A DNA stretch of 64,000 nucleotides from Sphaerodactylus townsendi (lineage: Eukaryota), in NCBI RefSeq assembly GCF_021028975.2, contig NC_059425.1:84878001-84942000 (forward strand). Direction: 5' to 3'. Both the position numbers and the translations under genes were made by a program. Under the pieces are notes generated by a model. It ran no database searches, was not told the DNA's origin, and saw only the letters and a program-made list of their open reading frames with translations. Within the stretch, counting starts at the first letter, position 1. Every line of letters starts with the position of its first letter. Positions 1 to 10,470 of this stretch are shown one piece after another.

Positions 1-310
1 ACCATCTTGCTGGTGTTCCCAGGGCTAAACCCTAGCGGAGGGAGGGGGAGGGAGGGGGCCTGGCATCTGGACCTGCCCCACCCACCCTAGTGGAGGGAGG
101 GGGAGGGGTGGCATGCAAGGGAAGAGGAAGAAGGGAGAGATGGCATGCAAGAGGGGAGGAAAGGGGAGGGGCCAGGCATCTGGACATGGCCCACCCACCC
201 TAGTGGAGGAAGGGGAGAGGGAGGGGTGGCATGCAAGGGAGGGGAAGGGAGGGGCTCGGCATCTTGGCCTGCCCCACCCACCCTAGCAGAAGGAGGGGGA
301 GGGGAGAACA
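1..310. repeat. G-rich minisatellite-like repeat
   Basis: Recurring units of the form ggcatctggacc..cccacccaccctag.ggagggaggggg, about 4 degenerate copies. Confidence 0.6.
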
Positions 311-1017
311 TTACTTGGCTACTTGAAAAATTCTAGTGTTCAACTCATTACAAAGGTTAAAAAAATCCTTTCCTAGCCAATTTCATTGCAGTTTCATTAC
401 AAGTTTGCTTCAGAACCTAATTCCTACTTTCCTGTCCATGCATATGAAATTAGGAACTGAGGAAGAAGACATTTCATGGTGAAGGATACAGACAGCAAAT
501 GAGAGGTAGATCCAAACCGAAATGTACCCCTAAATACATTGTGATTAGAAAAGATGATACTTCTACTGTAGGAGTGGGGCATCTTGTGTGGGTGTGATCT
601 CGACCAATTGCAGAGAGGCAGGAAATGATGAAATTCTTCCATGTACTTCCTGTGAGGTCTTGGGGTCACCTTCAGTATTTTCCTGCCTCTGCAGAGAGCA
701 GACGCGTTTTTTGGCTCTGGCAAAAAACCCTATTCGTAGTCTGTTTGTGTCAGTCTGTGTTTGTCTGAAGTCCTTAGAGGGGTGAGTAAGCGCGATCCGG
801 CTTGGGGAAGAGTAGTCTAGCCGCAGTTAAAAGCAACCGCCTTCTCCTCTCTGATGGGGGAGCCCCCCCCGTTGGCAAAGAGGAACTTTTCAAGTTTAAT
901 TATGGACGCAAGGTCCTTTTCGCCTGAACGCGAAACCTTCGCTGGCTCTGCGGCGGAGCGCACACGCTCCGCAAAGACAGGCGGCCATAAGGAAGGGGGG
1001 GGGGAAACGCCACTCAA

Positions 1018-2601
1018 ATGGACGCCGCAACGCAGCGCGCGGGAAAATCTGGCGCCTCCGAGCATGCGCAGTCATCCCAACCCGCCAAGAAAAAGAAAAA
1101 GACAAAAACGGCCGGGAGTCTAGCGCCTTCCCAGGGCGCGTCCTTAACCGGAGACTCCATAGCCGACTCCTCCGGCCTTCCCAGGGCCTCGGAGCAGTCG
1201 AGCTACACCTCAAGCGGGCCCCCCGACCAGCTGGCTCTTCCCTGTGTCACCAACAGGCAAGACCCACAGGATCCTGAACGGGGAGATTCAAACGCTGGGC
1301 AGTTAACTCCAGCTTCCTCCTGGATGAACGCGCCCCCTGCAGTTTTTGCTGAGTTTCTTAGAAGGGAGATAGACAAAGCTCTTGATGCAAGAGATCAAAG
1401 GACAGCTAATGCCCGCTCCGCTGCCTGGTCCCATAGATCCCGCAGTCCCCACCGAGAGGACTCCGGCTCCTACAGAAGGGATCCTTTAGCCCTACCTAAT
1501 GAGGAGGAAGAAGAATTCTCCAGTTTAGACGGCTCTGATGGGGGAGAAAAATTCTCTGACACAGAGGAAACCCCTGAGCCAGCTGCAGAACAATCCATAC
1601 AGTTCTTTAAACTGGAAGAAATCCAATCTTTAATTTCTAAAACTATCTCCGCTCTGGATTTACGCGACCCTGAGGACGCGGAAGAGCAAATCCCCCAGCC
1701 TTCCATTAATGCTTCCAACAAGCCAATCAAGGGCTATCCAAAAGGAACATCATCCTATTTCCCCGCTGATAGGGAGGGCGACAAATATTTCCCTGTTCCT
1801 GAATGCTTTGTTAAAAGGATTCATAGGGAATGGCTCAATCCCACTGCCCACAAGGGCTTGCCCCCCAATTTTAAGAAAAAATATCTGATGCCTCAGCAGT
1901 TTCACGTCCTCCTCCAGAATCCTCCAGTCGATGCCCCTGTGTCCATACTACATTCCGGAGCACTGGTAGCCAAGGAGGGGGAGGGCAATATCAAAGACCC
2001 TCTTGATAGGAGATCTGAAGCAGCGCTTCGTAGATCTCACGAGTGGTTGGCGGCAGCCATCAAAACTCTTACGCCCTCCTCCACAGTGGCCAGAGCCTCC
2101 ATGGTGTGGCTCAAACGTCTCCTAGAGATGATTCCAGTTGAAGCAAAAGGCATCAGAGAAGGCATCGAAAGGGTTCTTTCGGCCAATTCCTTCATAGCAG
2201 ATGCCACCTTTGACGCTATGTCACTGGTAGCGAGGTCCTTAGCCTCTAACATGATAGCAAGACGCAACGCCTGGATTCACCCATGGCAAGCTGACATACA
2301 ATCAAAACATGTAGTGGCTGGTTATTCATACTTTGGAGGGGCTCTATTTGGAAAAGAATTGGACGAAGTCCTTGTCCAAACCAAGGACAACAAAAAGACG
2401 ATGCCAAAATCGGTCCGGGCACCCGACAGGTCTTCTACCAGCAGCAAGTTCACCTTCCGGTCCCACAAATCCTTACCCCGCACGCAACGAGACGGGCAAA
2501 GACCACACTGGCAGAATCAACATTCCTTTCGGAACTACAAACAGTCCTTCAAACAATACAACAAGGGCAAGCCCTTCAACGCCAACAAGAACAAGCAATG
2601 A
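1018..2601 (+). CDS. DIRS gag-like ORF1 (probable true start ATG 902, separated by a frameshift in a G10 run)
   Basis: 527 aa open frame upstream of pol. C-terminal GGALFGKELDEVLVQTKD matches the decayed copies (GGKLFVKDLDQLLVETKD at 55.6 kb). Confidence 0.85.
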   Translation: MDAATQRAGKSGASEHAQSSQPAKKKKKTKTAGSLAPSQGASLTGDSIADSSGLPRASEQSSYTSSGPPDQLALPCVTNRQDPQDPERGDSNAGQLTPASSWMNAPPAVFAEFLRREIDKALDARDQRTANARSAAWSHRSRSPHREDSGSYRRDPLALPNEEEEEFSSLDGSDGGEKFSDTEETPEPAAEQSIQFFKLEEIQSLISKTISALDLRDPEDAEEQIPQPSINASNKPIKGYPKGTSSYFPADREGDKYFPVPECFVKRIHREWLNPTAHKGLPPNFKKKYLMPQQFHVLLQNPPVDAPVSILHSGALVAKEGEGNIKDPLDRRSEAALRRSHEWLAAAIKTLTPSSTVARASMVWLKRLLEMIPVEAKGIREGIERVLSANSFIADATFDAMSLVARSLASNMIARRNAWIHPWQADIQSKHVVAGYSYFGGALFGKELDEVLVQTKDNKKTMPKSVRAPDRSSTSSKFTFRSHKSLPRTQRDGQRPHWQNQHSFRNYKQSFKQYNKGKPFNANKNKQ

Positions 2602-4531
2602 CGATCAAAGCATCCCGGTGGGAGGCCGTCTCCAACACTTTCAGCACTGTTGGCAGGGAAACCATGTGGACAGGTGGACAAAGGAAGTCATATCCACAGG
2701 TTATGTGATAGAATTCAACGTTATTCCTCATCACCACCTGTTTATTTCGCCGCTCTCAAAGGATCCGGCCAAAGCCAACAGAACCCTGGAGGCGGTTTCC
2801 CACCTCACCAAGATCCAAGCCATCGAACCTGTACCGACAGCGGAACGTTTCTCAGGGACATATTCACATTTCTTTACAGTCCCCAAAAGAAATGGGGACT
2901 GGAGAGCAATACTCAACCTAAAACGTATCAACAAATTCATTCGGGTCCCCAAATTCAGGATGGAAACCCTTCGGTCTATTATGGCAACGCTTCGCCATCA
3001 AGATCTGCTGACTTCGTTAGATCTGACCGAAGCCTATTTACACATCCCCATTCACAACTCTCACAGGAAGTACCTGAGATTCGCCATACAGGATCGTCAT
3101 TATCAGTTCAAGACGTTGCCATTCGGACTAGCCACGGCCCCAAGAACCTTCTCCAAGGTACTATTGGCTCCAGTCATCATGCTGAGGGAACAGGGGATAC
3201 ACGTCTACCCCTACCTCGACAATCTGCTGATTCGCTCACGCTCCATCCCCAAGGCCATCATCGACGTCGAGGTAGTTCAAGAAACCCTAGCACAGCATGG
3301 CTTTATCGTAAACAAAGAAAAAAGTTCTTTCATTCCCTCCACACGGCTAGAACACCTAGGTGCAGTGCTGGACACGGTACAAGACTCCCTTTTCATCCCA
3401 GAAGAGAAGGTAGAAAAAATCAGAAAAACGACATTACTAGTCATGTCCAACAGAAGTACGTCCTTGCTAAAACTGGCAAGTTTGCTGGGGATCTTCATCT
3501 CAGTAATCGACCTGACCCAGTGGGCACGTTTCCACGCGAGACCGCTCCAACAATTTCTCCGTGCATACCAGCTGGACATTATTGCCAAAAAAGACAGAAG
3601 ATTAACCATACCCCCAAGAGTTCGTCTCAGCCTTCTCTGGTGGACGAACCGCTCCAACCTCAGACGGGGAAAACGTTATCTACATGCTCATCGAGCTCAA
3701 ATCTTCACAGACGCCAGCCTTCTGGGCTGGGGGGCCACACTCAATCAACTGTATGTCCAGGGAACTTGGTCTCCGGAAGAATCCCGGCTCCATATCAATG
3801 TGCTGGAAACTCGAGCGATCTTCCTTGCCCTTCAACATTTCCGGCCACAAATTCGTCACCAACATGTCATCATAAGAACGGACAATGTTGCCGCGAAGAT
3901 GTACATCAACAACCAGGGAGGCTCCAGATCGGCAAGGCTCCACTCGGAAGCAACAAAAATCCTCCGATGGGCCGAGGAGAACTTGGTATCACTCGAAGCC
4001 CTACACATCAGGGGAGTCCAAAATCTAGAGGCAGACTGGCTCAGCAGGCAGAACCTGTGCGAAACAGAATGGCGACTCGATCCACGGGTCTTCTTCAAGA
4101 TATGCAACACCTTCGGCACTCCGGAGGTAGACCTGTTCGCCTCCCAGAAGAACCATCAACTTCCAAAGTTCATGACCCGACACTACCATCCACAGGCAGT
4201 AGCAACGGACGCCCTGAACGCGATTTGGCCTCCAAATCTCCTCTATGCTTTCCCTCCCTTTCCCCTGATCCCTCGGCTCCTGCGCAGGATCATATCCGAA
4301 GGCGCCTTGGTGATCCTTGTAGCCCCCAGATGGCCCAGGAGACCCTGGTTCACCACCATCCTGGAACTGTCCATCGCAGAACCACTGACTCTGCCAATCA
4401 CTTCCGACTTCCTGACACAGGGCCCCATCGTGCATCCCGATCCCGCTTGGTTCAAGCTGACCGCATGGCTCTTGAGCGGGCAAACCTCAGGAAAAAGGGG
4501 TACTCGGAAGAAGTCACATCTACTATCTTAA
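2333..4531 (+). CDS. DIRS pol: reverse transcriptase, RNase H and N6-adenine methyltransferase-like domain
   Basis: RT motifs LDLTEAYLHI, LPFGLATAP and YPYLDN. RNase H motifs FTDAS..GWGA, HINVLE and RTDN. MT-like motifs VDLFAS and YAFPPF. Confidence 0.93.
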   Translation: MEGLYLEKNWTKSLSKPRTTKRRCQNRSGHPTGLLPAASSPSGPTNPYPARNETGKDHTGRINIPFGTTNSPSNNTTRASPSTPTRTSNDDQSIPVGGRLQHFQHCWQGNHVDRWTKEVISTGYVIEFNVIPHHHLFISPLSKDPAKANRTLEAVSHLTKIQAIEPVPTAERFSGTYSHFFTVPKRNGDWRAILNLKRINKFIRVPKFRMETLRSIMATLRHQDLLTSLDLTEAYLHIPIHNSHRKYLRFAIQDRHYQFKTLPFGLATAPRTFSKVLLAPVIMLREQGIHVYPYLDNLLIRSRSIPKAIIDVEVVQETLAQHGFIVNKEKSSFIPSTRLEHLGAVLDTVQDSLFIPEEKVEKIRKTTLLVMSNRSTSLLKLASLLGIFISVIDLTQWARFHARPLQQFLRAYQLDIIAKKDRRLTIPPRVRLSLLWWTNRSNLRRGKRYLHAHRAQIFTDASLLGWGATLNQLYVQGTWSPEESRLHINVLETRAIFLALQHFRPQIRHQHVIIRTDNVAAKMYINNQGGSRSARLHSEATKILRWAEENLVSLEALHIRGVQNLEADWLSRQNLCETEWRLDPRVFFKICNTFGTPEVDLFASQKNHQLPKFMTRHYHPQAVATDALNAIWPPNLLYAFPPFPLIPRLLRRIISEGALVILVAPRWPRRPWFTTILELSIAEPLTLPITSDFLTQGPIVHPDPAWFKLTAWLLSGQTSGKRGTRKKSHLLS

Positions 4532-5207
4532 CAGCCAAAAGCAGGTCGACGGTCAACATCTACAACTGCTCATGGAAGGTCTACGTCAGGTGGTGCCATC
4601 GCAAACGGCTTGACCCCACGGAACCATCCATCACCGTTATCTTGGAATTCCTGCAACAGGGCTACTCAATGGGACTCAAGTGTTCCACCTTGCGCAGACA
4701 ATTGGCAGCTCTTGCTACCGTTATCCCTTGTGTGGGCGACATCCACATCACCAGACATCCGGACGTTCTGAACTTCCTAAGAGGGGTAAAATTGTCCCAA
4801 CCTGCGGTGGTCCACAGGTTTCCCTCTTGGCGCCTGAACGCTGTCCTATCAGCACTCACTAGGCCCCCGTTCGAACCCATACAAACGGTACACATCAAAT
4901 GGGTAAGAATGAAAACGCTATTCTTAATTGCAATAACGTCGGCCAGAAGAGTGGCTGAACTTCGCGCCCTTTCAATAAACTCAAAATTCTGCGTGTTCCA
5001 TAAGGATAGGGTATGTCTTCGTACAGATCCAACTTTCATTCCGAAGGTTAACTCCCCTTTCCACGTGCGCCAGGAGATCGTTGTTCCCAACTTCATGCCG
5101 AACCCTTCTCATCCCAAAGAGAAATCGTGGCACACATTGGACGCGCGACGTGCCTTAAAAGCATACATAATAAGAACGGAGGAGTTCCGAAAATCAGAAA
5201 TTATGTT
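2650..5207 (+). CDS. DIRS tyrosine recombinase ORF (recognisable domain from about 4465; truncated by the gap)
   Basis: LFLIAITSARRVAEL (catalytic Arg box) and FIPKV. The N-terminal ~600 codons overlap pol in another frame. Confidence 0.88.
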
Positions 5208-5296
5208 NNNNNNNNNNNNNNNNNNNNNNNNNNNNNNNNNNNNNNNNNNNNNNNNNNNNNNNNNNNNNNNNNNNNNNNNNNNNNNNNNNNNNNNNN
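5208..5296. other. Assembly gap
   Basis: N run. Confidence 1.
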
Positions 5297-5353
5297 AATT
5301 TGAAATTCTAGAAGTACATTAAGTGTTGATGTTGTAATTGTTTTTGATTACAG

Positions 5354-5424
5354 GTAAACAAGTCAGAACCAAACTCTCTCAAGCCTTTAATCACTGGCTG
5401 AATGTTCCTGAAGATAAACTTCAG
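5354..5424 (+). CDS. GGPS1: GGPS1 duplicate copy, exon 3 (71 nt)
   Basis: ttacag|GTAAACAAGTCAGAACC...CTTCAG|gtaatt, encoding (G)KQVRTKLSQAFNHWLNVPEDKLQ. Identical to the minus-strand exon 3. Confidence 0.92.
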
Positions 5425-5544
5425 GTAATTCATGATCTTCACTTTGTGTCTTTTTAATAGAATTTATATTCCTTTATAAATGTTTACATGAATATTGACG
5501 TGATGTTTACGTGAATATTGACTCTAACATTTTCTATATTAGTA

Positions 5545-6031
5545 CTGCTCAATAATTGGTGTTAACCTTTAAGGCTGTGAGCGGTCTTGGGCCTGCATAC
5601 CTACAGGACCGCCTCTCCCCGTAGTGCCCCATTAGATCTCTCCGGTCATTTGGAGGGAAACTTCCTGGAGATCCCTGGCCCGAAAGATGTCTGGCTACAA
5701 GGGCCAGGGCCTTCTCAGCCCTAGCCCCTACCTGGTGGAACAAGCTCCCCGGTGAATTCAGGGCCCTGCAGGACTTGAACAGAGCTTTTCCACCAGGCAT
5801 TTCCATCTAGCCAGCCAGCTGGCCTGACCAGTACTATCATTGGCCTCCCATGGGTGCAGTAAGTGGGGGTTGGGGGAGGGATTTTTCACCATCTATTATT
5901 GGTGTTTTAAGTACTGTACTGTTGGTTATTTTATTATTGTATTTGGATTCTGTATTGTTGCCGCCCTGGGCCCTGTTGGGGAGGGCGGCATATAATTAAA
6001 AATATAAATAAATAAATATAAATAAATAAAT
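5545..6031 (+). mobile_element. L2-type LINE 3' fragment with (TAAA)n tail
   Basis: Remnant peptide LVLTFKAVSGLGPAYLQDRLSP, followed by a 3' UTR and aataaataaa repeats. Confidence 0.7.
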
Positions 6032-6531
6032 ACAGAACCTTTATTCAGTATTTGATGCATATGCTAAGCAGTCTAAAGTACTACATAGCCAGTTGACACA
6101 GATCTGCACGTCAGAAGGTACACTAAAAGGATCACAAACTTAAACAGAATAAGGATAAAATTATTCATAGTAATTTACAAGCAATCTATGGTTGCTCATA
6201 GCAACTAGGAAATACCCAGCAACTTGATAAGAATTCTAGTCAGATAAAACTTGTAATACCAATACATCTGAATGACCCTGGTATTTATGAAGTAGGAGAC
6301 TAATTATGGAGTTCATTAACTAAGTATAAAAGCTGCATTATAGCAAGAAGGCAGATAGAAACCCAAATATTTCTTGTGATAGGATAGTTTTCAGATCTGG
6401 CATAAAGGATTGCTGAAGGCCGGAGGTTGAACCTGGAGAGCATAAAAGCTCCTCACGACTTGTGGAGAGCAAAGATGAGATAGGTAAGGAGCCACACGTG
6501 TAAATGCAGGCATTTGTAACAACTGTGCAAA

Positions 6532-6900
6532 TCAGGGGTGTAGCTAGGGAAAATGGAGCCCGGGGCAAAATCTGAGTTTTGCGCCCCCCCCATGGGCAGC
6601 CACCCTCCCCCCCATGACCAAAGGCCACCCTCCCGCACTACAACCAAAGAACGATTTTATGCACCAGCTCATCTCAAAGCCACCATCACATAGAACATGT
6701 CTTCACTCACAAATCTGAACACAGCAATGTATCATAGCACACAGCAGAGATTAAAATTTTGGACAACATTCTCAAAATGCTCTCAAAATATTTAATAACT
6801 GTTATAACACTTAAAAGTATTTCAAGTGTCATATGACTTAAAATGCTTTCAAAATGTTTTATTACTGCTGTTAATAACGTTTTATTACCCTCCACGTTCC
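6532..6900. mobile_element. Non-autonomous DNA-transposon-like repeat fragment
   Basis: Starts CAGGGGTGTAGCT with a tttgcgcccccc motif that recurs in related termini at about 12050, 26400 and 60530. Confidence 0.4.
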
Positions 6901-6907
6901 TTTGCAT

Positions 6908-9900
6908 TTAGAATAGAATCTTTATTGGCCAAGTGTGATTGGACACACAAGGAATTTGTCTCCGGTGCATATGCTCTCAGTGTACATAAAAGAAAATACA
7001 TTTGTCAAGAATCATAAGGTACAGCACTTAATGATTGTCATATAGGTCTAGTAAGCAATCAGGAAACAATCAATAGTAATAAAAACATAAAATGTAAAAT
7101 CATAAAATAAAATGAAATGTCAGCACAGGCTATAGTCATACAGTCATAATTGGGAGGAGATGGGTAATAGGAATGATGAAAAAAGTAGTGCAGTAATTAT
7201 ATAATAAATATATAATAAATAGTTTGACATTATCGAGGGAATTATTTGTTTAACAGAGTGATGGCATTTGGGAAAAAACTGTTCTTATGTCTAGTTGTCT
7301 TGGTGTGCAGTGCTCTGTAGCGACGTTTAGAGGGTAAGAGTTGAAACAGTTTATGTCCAGGATGCGAGGGGTCAGTAAATATTTTCACAGCCCTTTTTTT
7401 GACCCGTGCAGTATACAGGTCCTCAATGGAAGGCAGGTTAGCAGCAATTGTTTTTTCTGCAGTTCTGATTATTCTCTGAAGTCTGTGTCGATCTTGTTGG
7501 GTTGCAGAACCAAACCACACAGTTATAGAGGTGCAGATGACAGACTCAATGATTCCTCTGTAGAACTGTATCAGCAGCTCCTTGGGCAGTTTGAGCTTCC
7601 TGAGTTGGCGCAGAAAGAACATTCTTTGTTGTGCTTTTTTAATGACATTTTTGATATTAGGTGACCATTTTAGGTCATGAGATATGATGGAGCCTAGAAA
7701 TTTAAAGGTCTCTACTGTTGATACTGTGTTGTCTAGTATTGTGAGAGGAGGTAGGATGGGAGGGTTTCTCCTGAAATCTACCACCATTTCTACGGTTTTA
7801 AGTGTGTTCAGTTCTAGATTGTTCCAGTGGCACCACGAGGCTAGTTGTTCAACCTCCCGTCTGTATGCGGTTTCATCGTTGTCTCGAATGAGACCAATCA
7901 CTGTTGTATCATCTGCAAATTTCAGTATTTTAACAGATGGATCATTTGAGATGCAGTCATTGGTATACAGAGAGAAGAGAAGTGGTGAAAGTACACAGCC
8001 TTGGGGGGCCCCTGTGCTGTTTACCGGAGTGTCACGTTAAATTTTCCTAACTTCATCTGCTGAACCTATCTCATTGGGAAGCTTGTGATCCACGTACAAA
8101 TATGCTCAGGTACTGCTTCGAGATTTAGGAGTTTGGTTAGAAGAATATCCGGTCTGGAAATGAAATTGTTAGATACTGAACTGAAGTCAACAAAGAAGAG
8201 GACCCTTGCAAATTCTTTGGCGATTCAAGATACCGCCAGGATATAGTGCAAAGTTACCGAAATATGTAACAACATGCTCCAATACCGATCTATTTGCCTG
8301 GAGCCATGCAAATTGCACCGAAAGTTAACAATTGGATCCGTGATGGTTTTCAAAATGAGACATTTGTCGCCTAATACCTTCAAAAGTTTTCGCAACCTAC
8401 AGATGAAAGAACAACTGGTGTGATAGATTCGGTTCCACCCGGTGGGAAGGCTGGGCGCAAAGACGATATTGGAGTGTTTGAAGCAGGAAGGGCATAGCAC
8501 ATCTCTAGTGATTTGTTCAAGATTTGGGTGAGGATAGAGTAGTGGACGCGCACAGACACTATGAGGCAAGAAAGGGTGTCCATCATGTCAGTTTCTGGTG
8601 CTTTTCCAGGCTTCACCAATGTGAAATAAGATCTTGCACTTACGCTGCTCTAGGGTCGCCAGAGTTCGTAAACCCATTGATAGAAGTGGTTCAGTTATAG
8701 GAGAGTTTAGCTATTGTTGGTGCATCCTGAGATGGAGGTTGTGGAGAAAGTGGGCTATAGATTGTTTTCAAACCCTACAGTAGAACACGTTACTGGTTAT
8801 CTGCGCCGAATTGCTTTGATTTCACTTCAGCTTGGGAAGGTGGTTTACTGTAACGGTGTTGATATTTTTTGAGAGTTTTCCACATGTGTTACTGTTTTAC
8901 GTTTAAGGTAGAAAACTAGATTTTTTAAGCTTTTCAGAGAGTAGTTTCTTTTTTGCTTTCCTCCTGAGTCCTCCTACCTGTTAATACATTTCTGGCCTGA
9001 TTGTACAGCGATTCTATCACACCCCTTTCTGTATGGGCACTGCTTCTTTGCGAGCGACGTAACTGCCAAGTTTAGAAAACTGTGAACCAAGGTTTGTTGT
9101 TACTATATACCGCATAGAAGTTCACTGGTTGAGTATACAAAGATGCTTCACCAGAAGCTGACATATGATGTTACAGTATCTGTGAGTTCATCCAAATCTG
9201 CAGAGGTGTAAATTTGCAGAAAATAATTCCAGTCTGTACAGTCAAAGGCAAGAGCCTGCAGCTTTAACTGCTTGCCTCTTCAGTCAAGTTCTCACTGATT
9301 TAGTTATTGGTTTTGTGGCTTTAAATCTTTTGTTTTGTAAAGCAGGTACAAAGGTGAATCATGCAATGATCAGAATGGCCTACAAAGCTGCTTTCAAATT
9401 GGTAAAGACCCGGGATATATGCATCGCTTCCAGTTAATTTGTATAGCAGTGGTACCGAATAAGATCATTCTTGCACTCTGGTGGGACAAGATTGACATGC
9501 TGAGAAGTATTTTGGTAGAGAATCTTCCCTTAAGTTTTGCTTTGTTTTAAATCTTTCTCCCCAAAATAATAACCAAGTGAATCAGAGGGTATGTTGGCTT
9601 CAGCCTCCATAATCTGAGTCGGTTAGAGGTTCTTAATGCCTTTTTTACAGATGCTTGTGGATGAATATAAACCAAAAAAAACCAGAACTGAATTTATCTC
9701 TCGAGGGGAATAAAAGAGGGTTTGCAATTAATAAGTAAGGACTCCAAATTTTCATCACATGGAATTTTTGAATTATTGTTATGTCTTGACACCAGCTTTT
9801 TTGTTGATGTATATACATAATCCTCCTCCTTTTTCTGTCCCTGATAATTCTGCAATCCTGTCTGAGCAGAAATATCTGAAACCCGGGTAATTGCACGCAT

Positions 9901-10470
9901 GCTATTTATCATCAATGCTCCTCCATTTAAGCCAGGTTTACAAAGATAAAAAGCATAGGGCAGATGCGTTGTAAAATCAGAATTGCATCTGTTTAAAAGA
10001 AGTATTTCATCTATCCTTACGTTGGCCAGAAGTGAGGCATAAAGTTGGTAAAGAAAAGATTGCTTGGAAGGGAGGCGGGGTTTTAAATTCCCCTTATTCC
10101 TTAGTCTATTTAAAATTCCCGCCCTTTTACCTCTTAGGTCTCTGCCATACCATGCTTGTTTTTGCCTTTGATCTCTGGCCCGTTGCCGGGAAATGGCTGC
10201 CTTCTGTGCTGAAATTTCCTCCATGGTTGTAAAGATCTGTTGTTGCCGGGAAATGGCTGCCTCCTGTGCTGAAATTTCCTCCGTGGTTGTAAAGACAGAT
10301 AGGGGTAAAGTTGCAGAGAGCCACTCCTTAAGGAAACGTTCCCTAATTCTTAGCAGATGGTCTCTGGAGTATGAAATTCGTTGTAAATTGCAGGAAATAG
10401 TAGAAAATGTAGAAGCCATTTGAGAGCATTCCACCGAGGCAGCCCTCGTCGGCGCCATCTTGGGTTGGAT
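6908..10470 (-). mobile_element. Rex1/Babar-like LINE, near full length (APE + RT), frameshifted in the middle
   Basis: RT C-terminus KFADDTTVIGLI...FFPNAITLLNK (7242-8020). 3' end is aataaagattctattcta. 5' end is near ccaagatggcgcc. Endonuclease remnants at about 9300-10050. Confidence 0.85.

Larger units (their letters stand above)
555..5207 (+). mobile_element. Young, near-intact DIRS1-like tyrosine-recombinase retrotransposon, cut at the 3' end by an assembly gap
   Basis: Three long overlapping ORFs (gag-like, RT/RNase H/methyltransferase-like, tyrosine recombinase). The 5' end resembles that of the related copy at 54235. The left boundary is approximate. Confidence 0.93.

Noticed and set aside
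1-310. CRISPR-like repeat-spacer array
   Set aside because: Degenerate G-rich minisatellite in eukaryotic DNA with no unique spacers or cas genes.
1002-1008. Canonical GGGAAAC slippery heptamer
   Set aside because: It is not in X XXY YYZ phase for the upstream (902) frame.
4100-4300. Bacterial DNA adenine methylase plus recombinase suggesting horizontal transfer or contamination
   Set aside because: The MT-like and YR domains are standard parts of DIRS1 retrotransposons.
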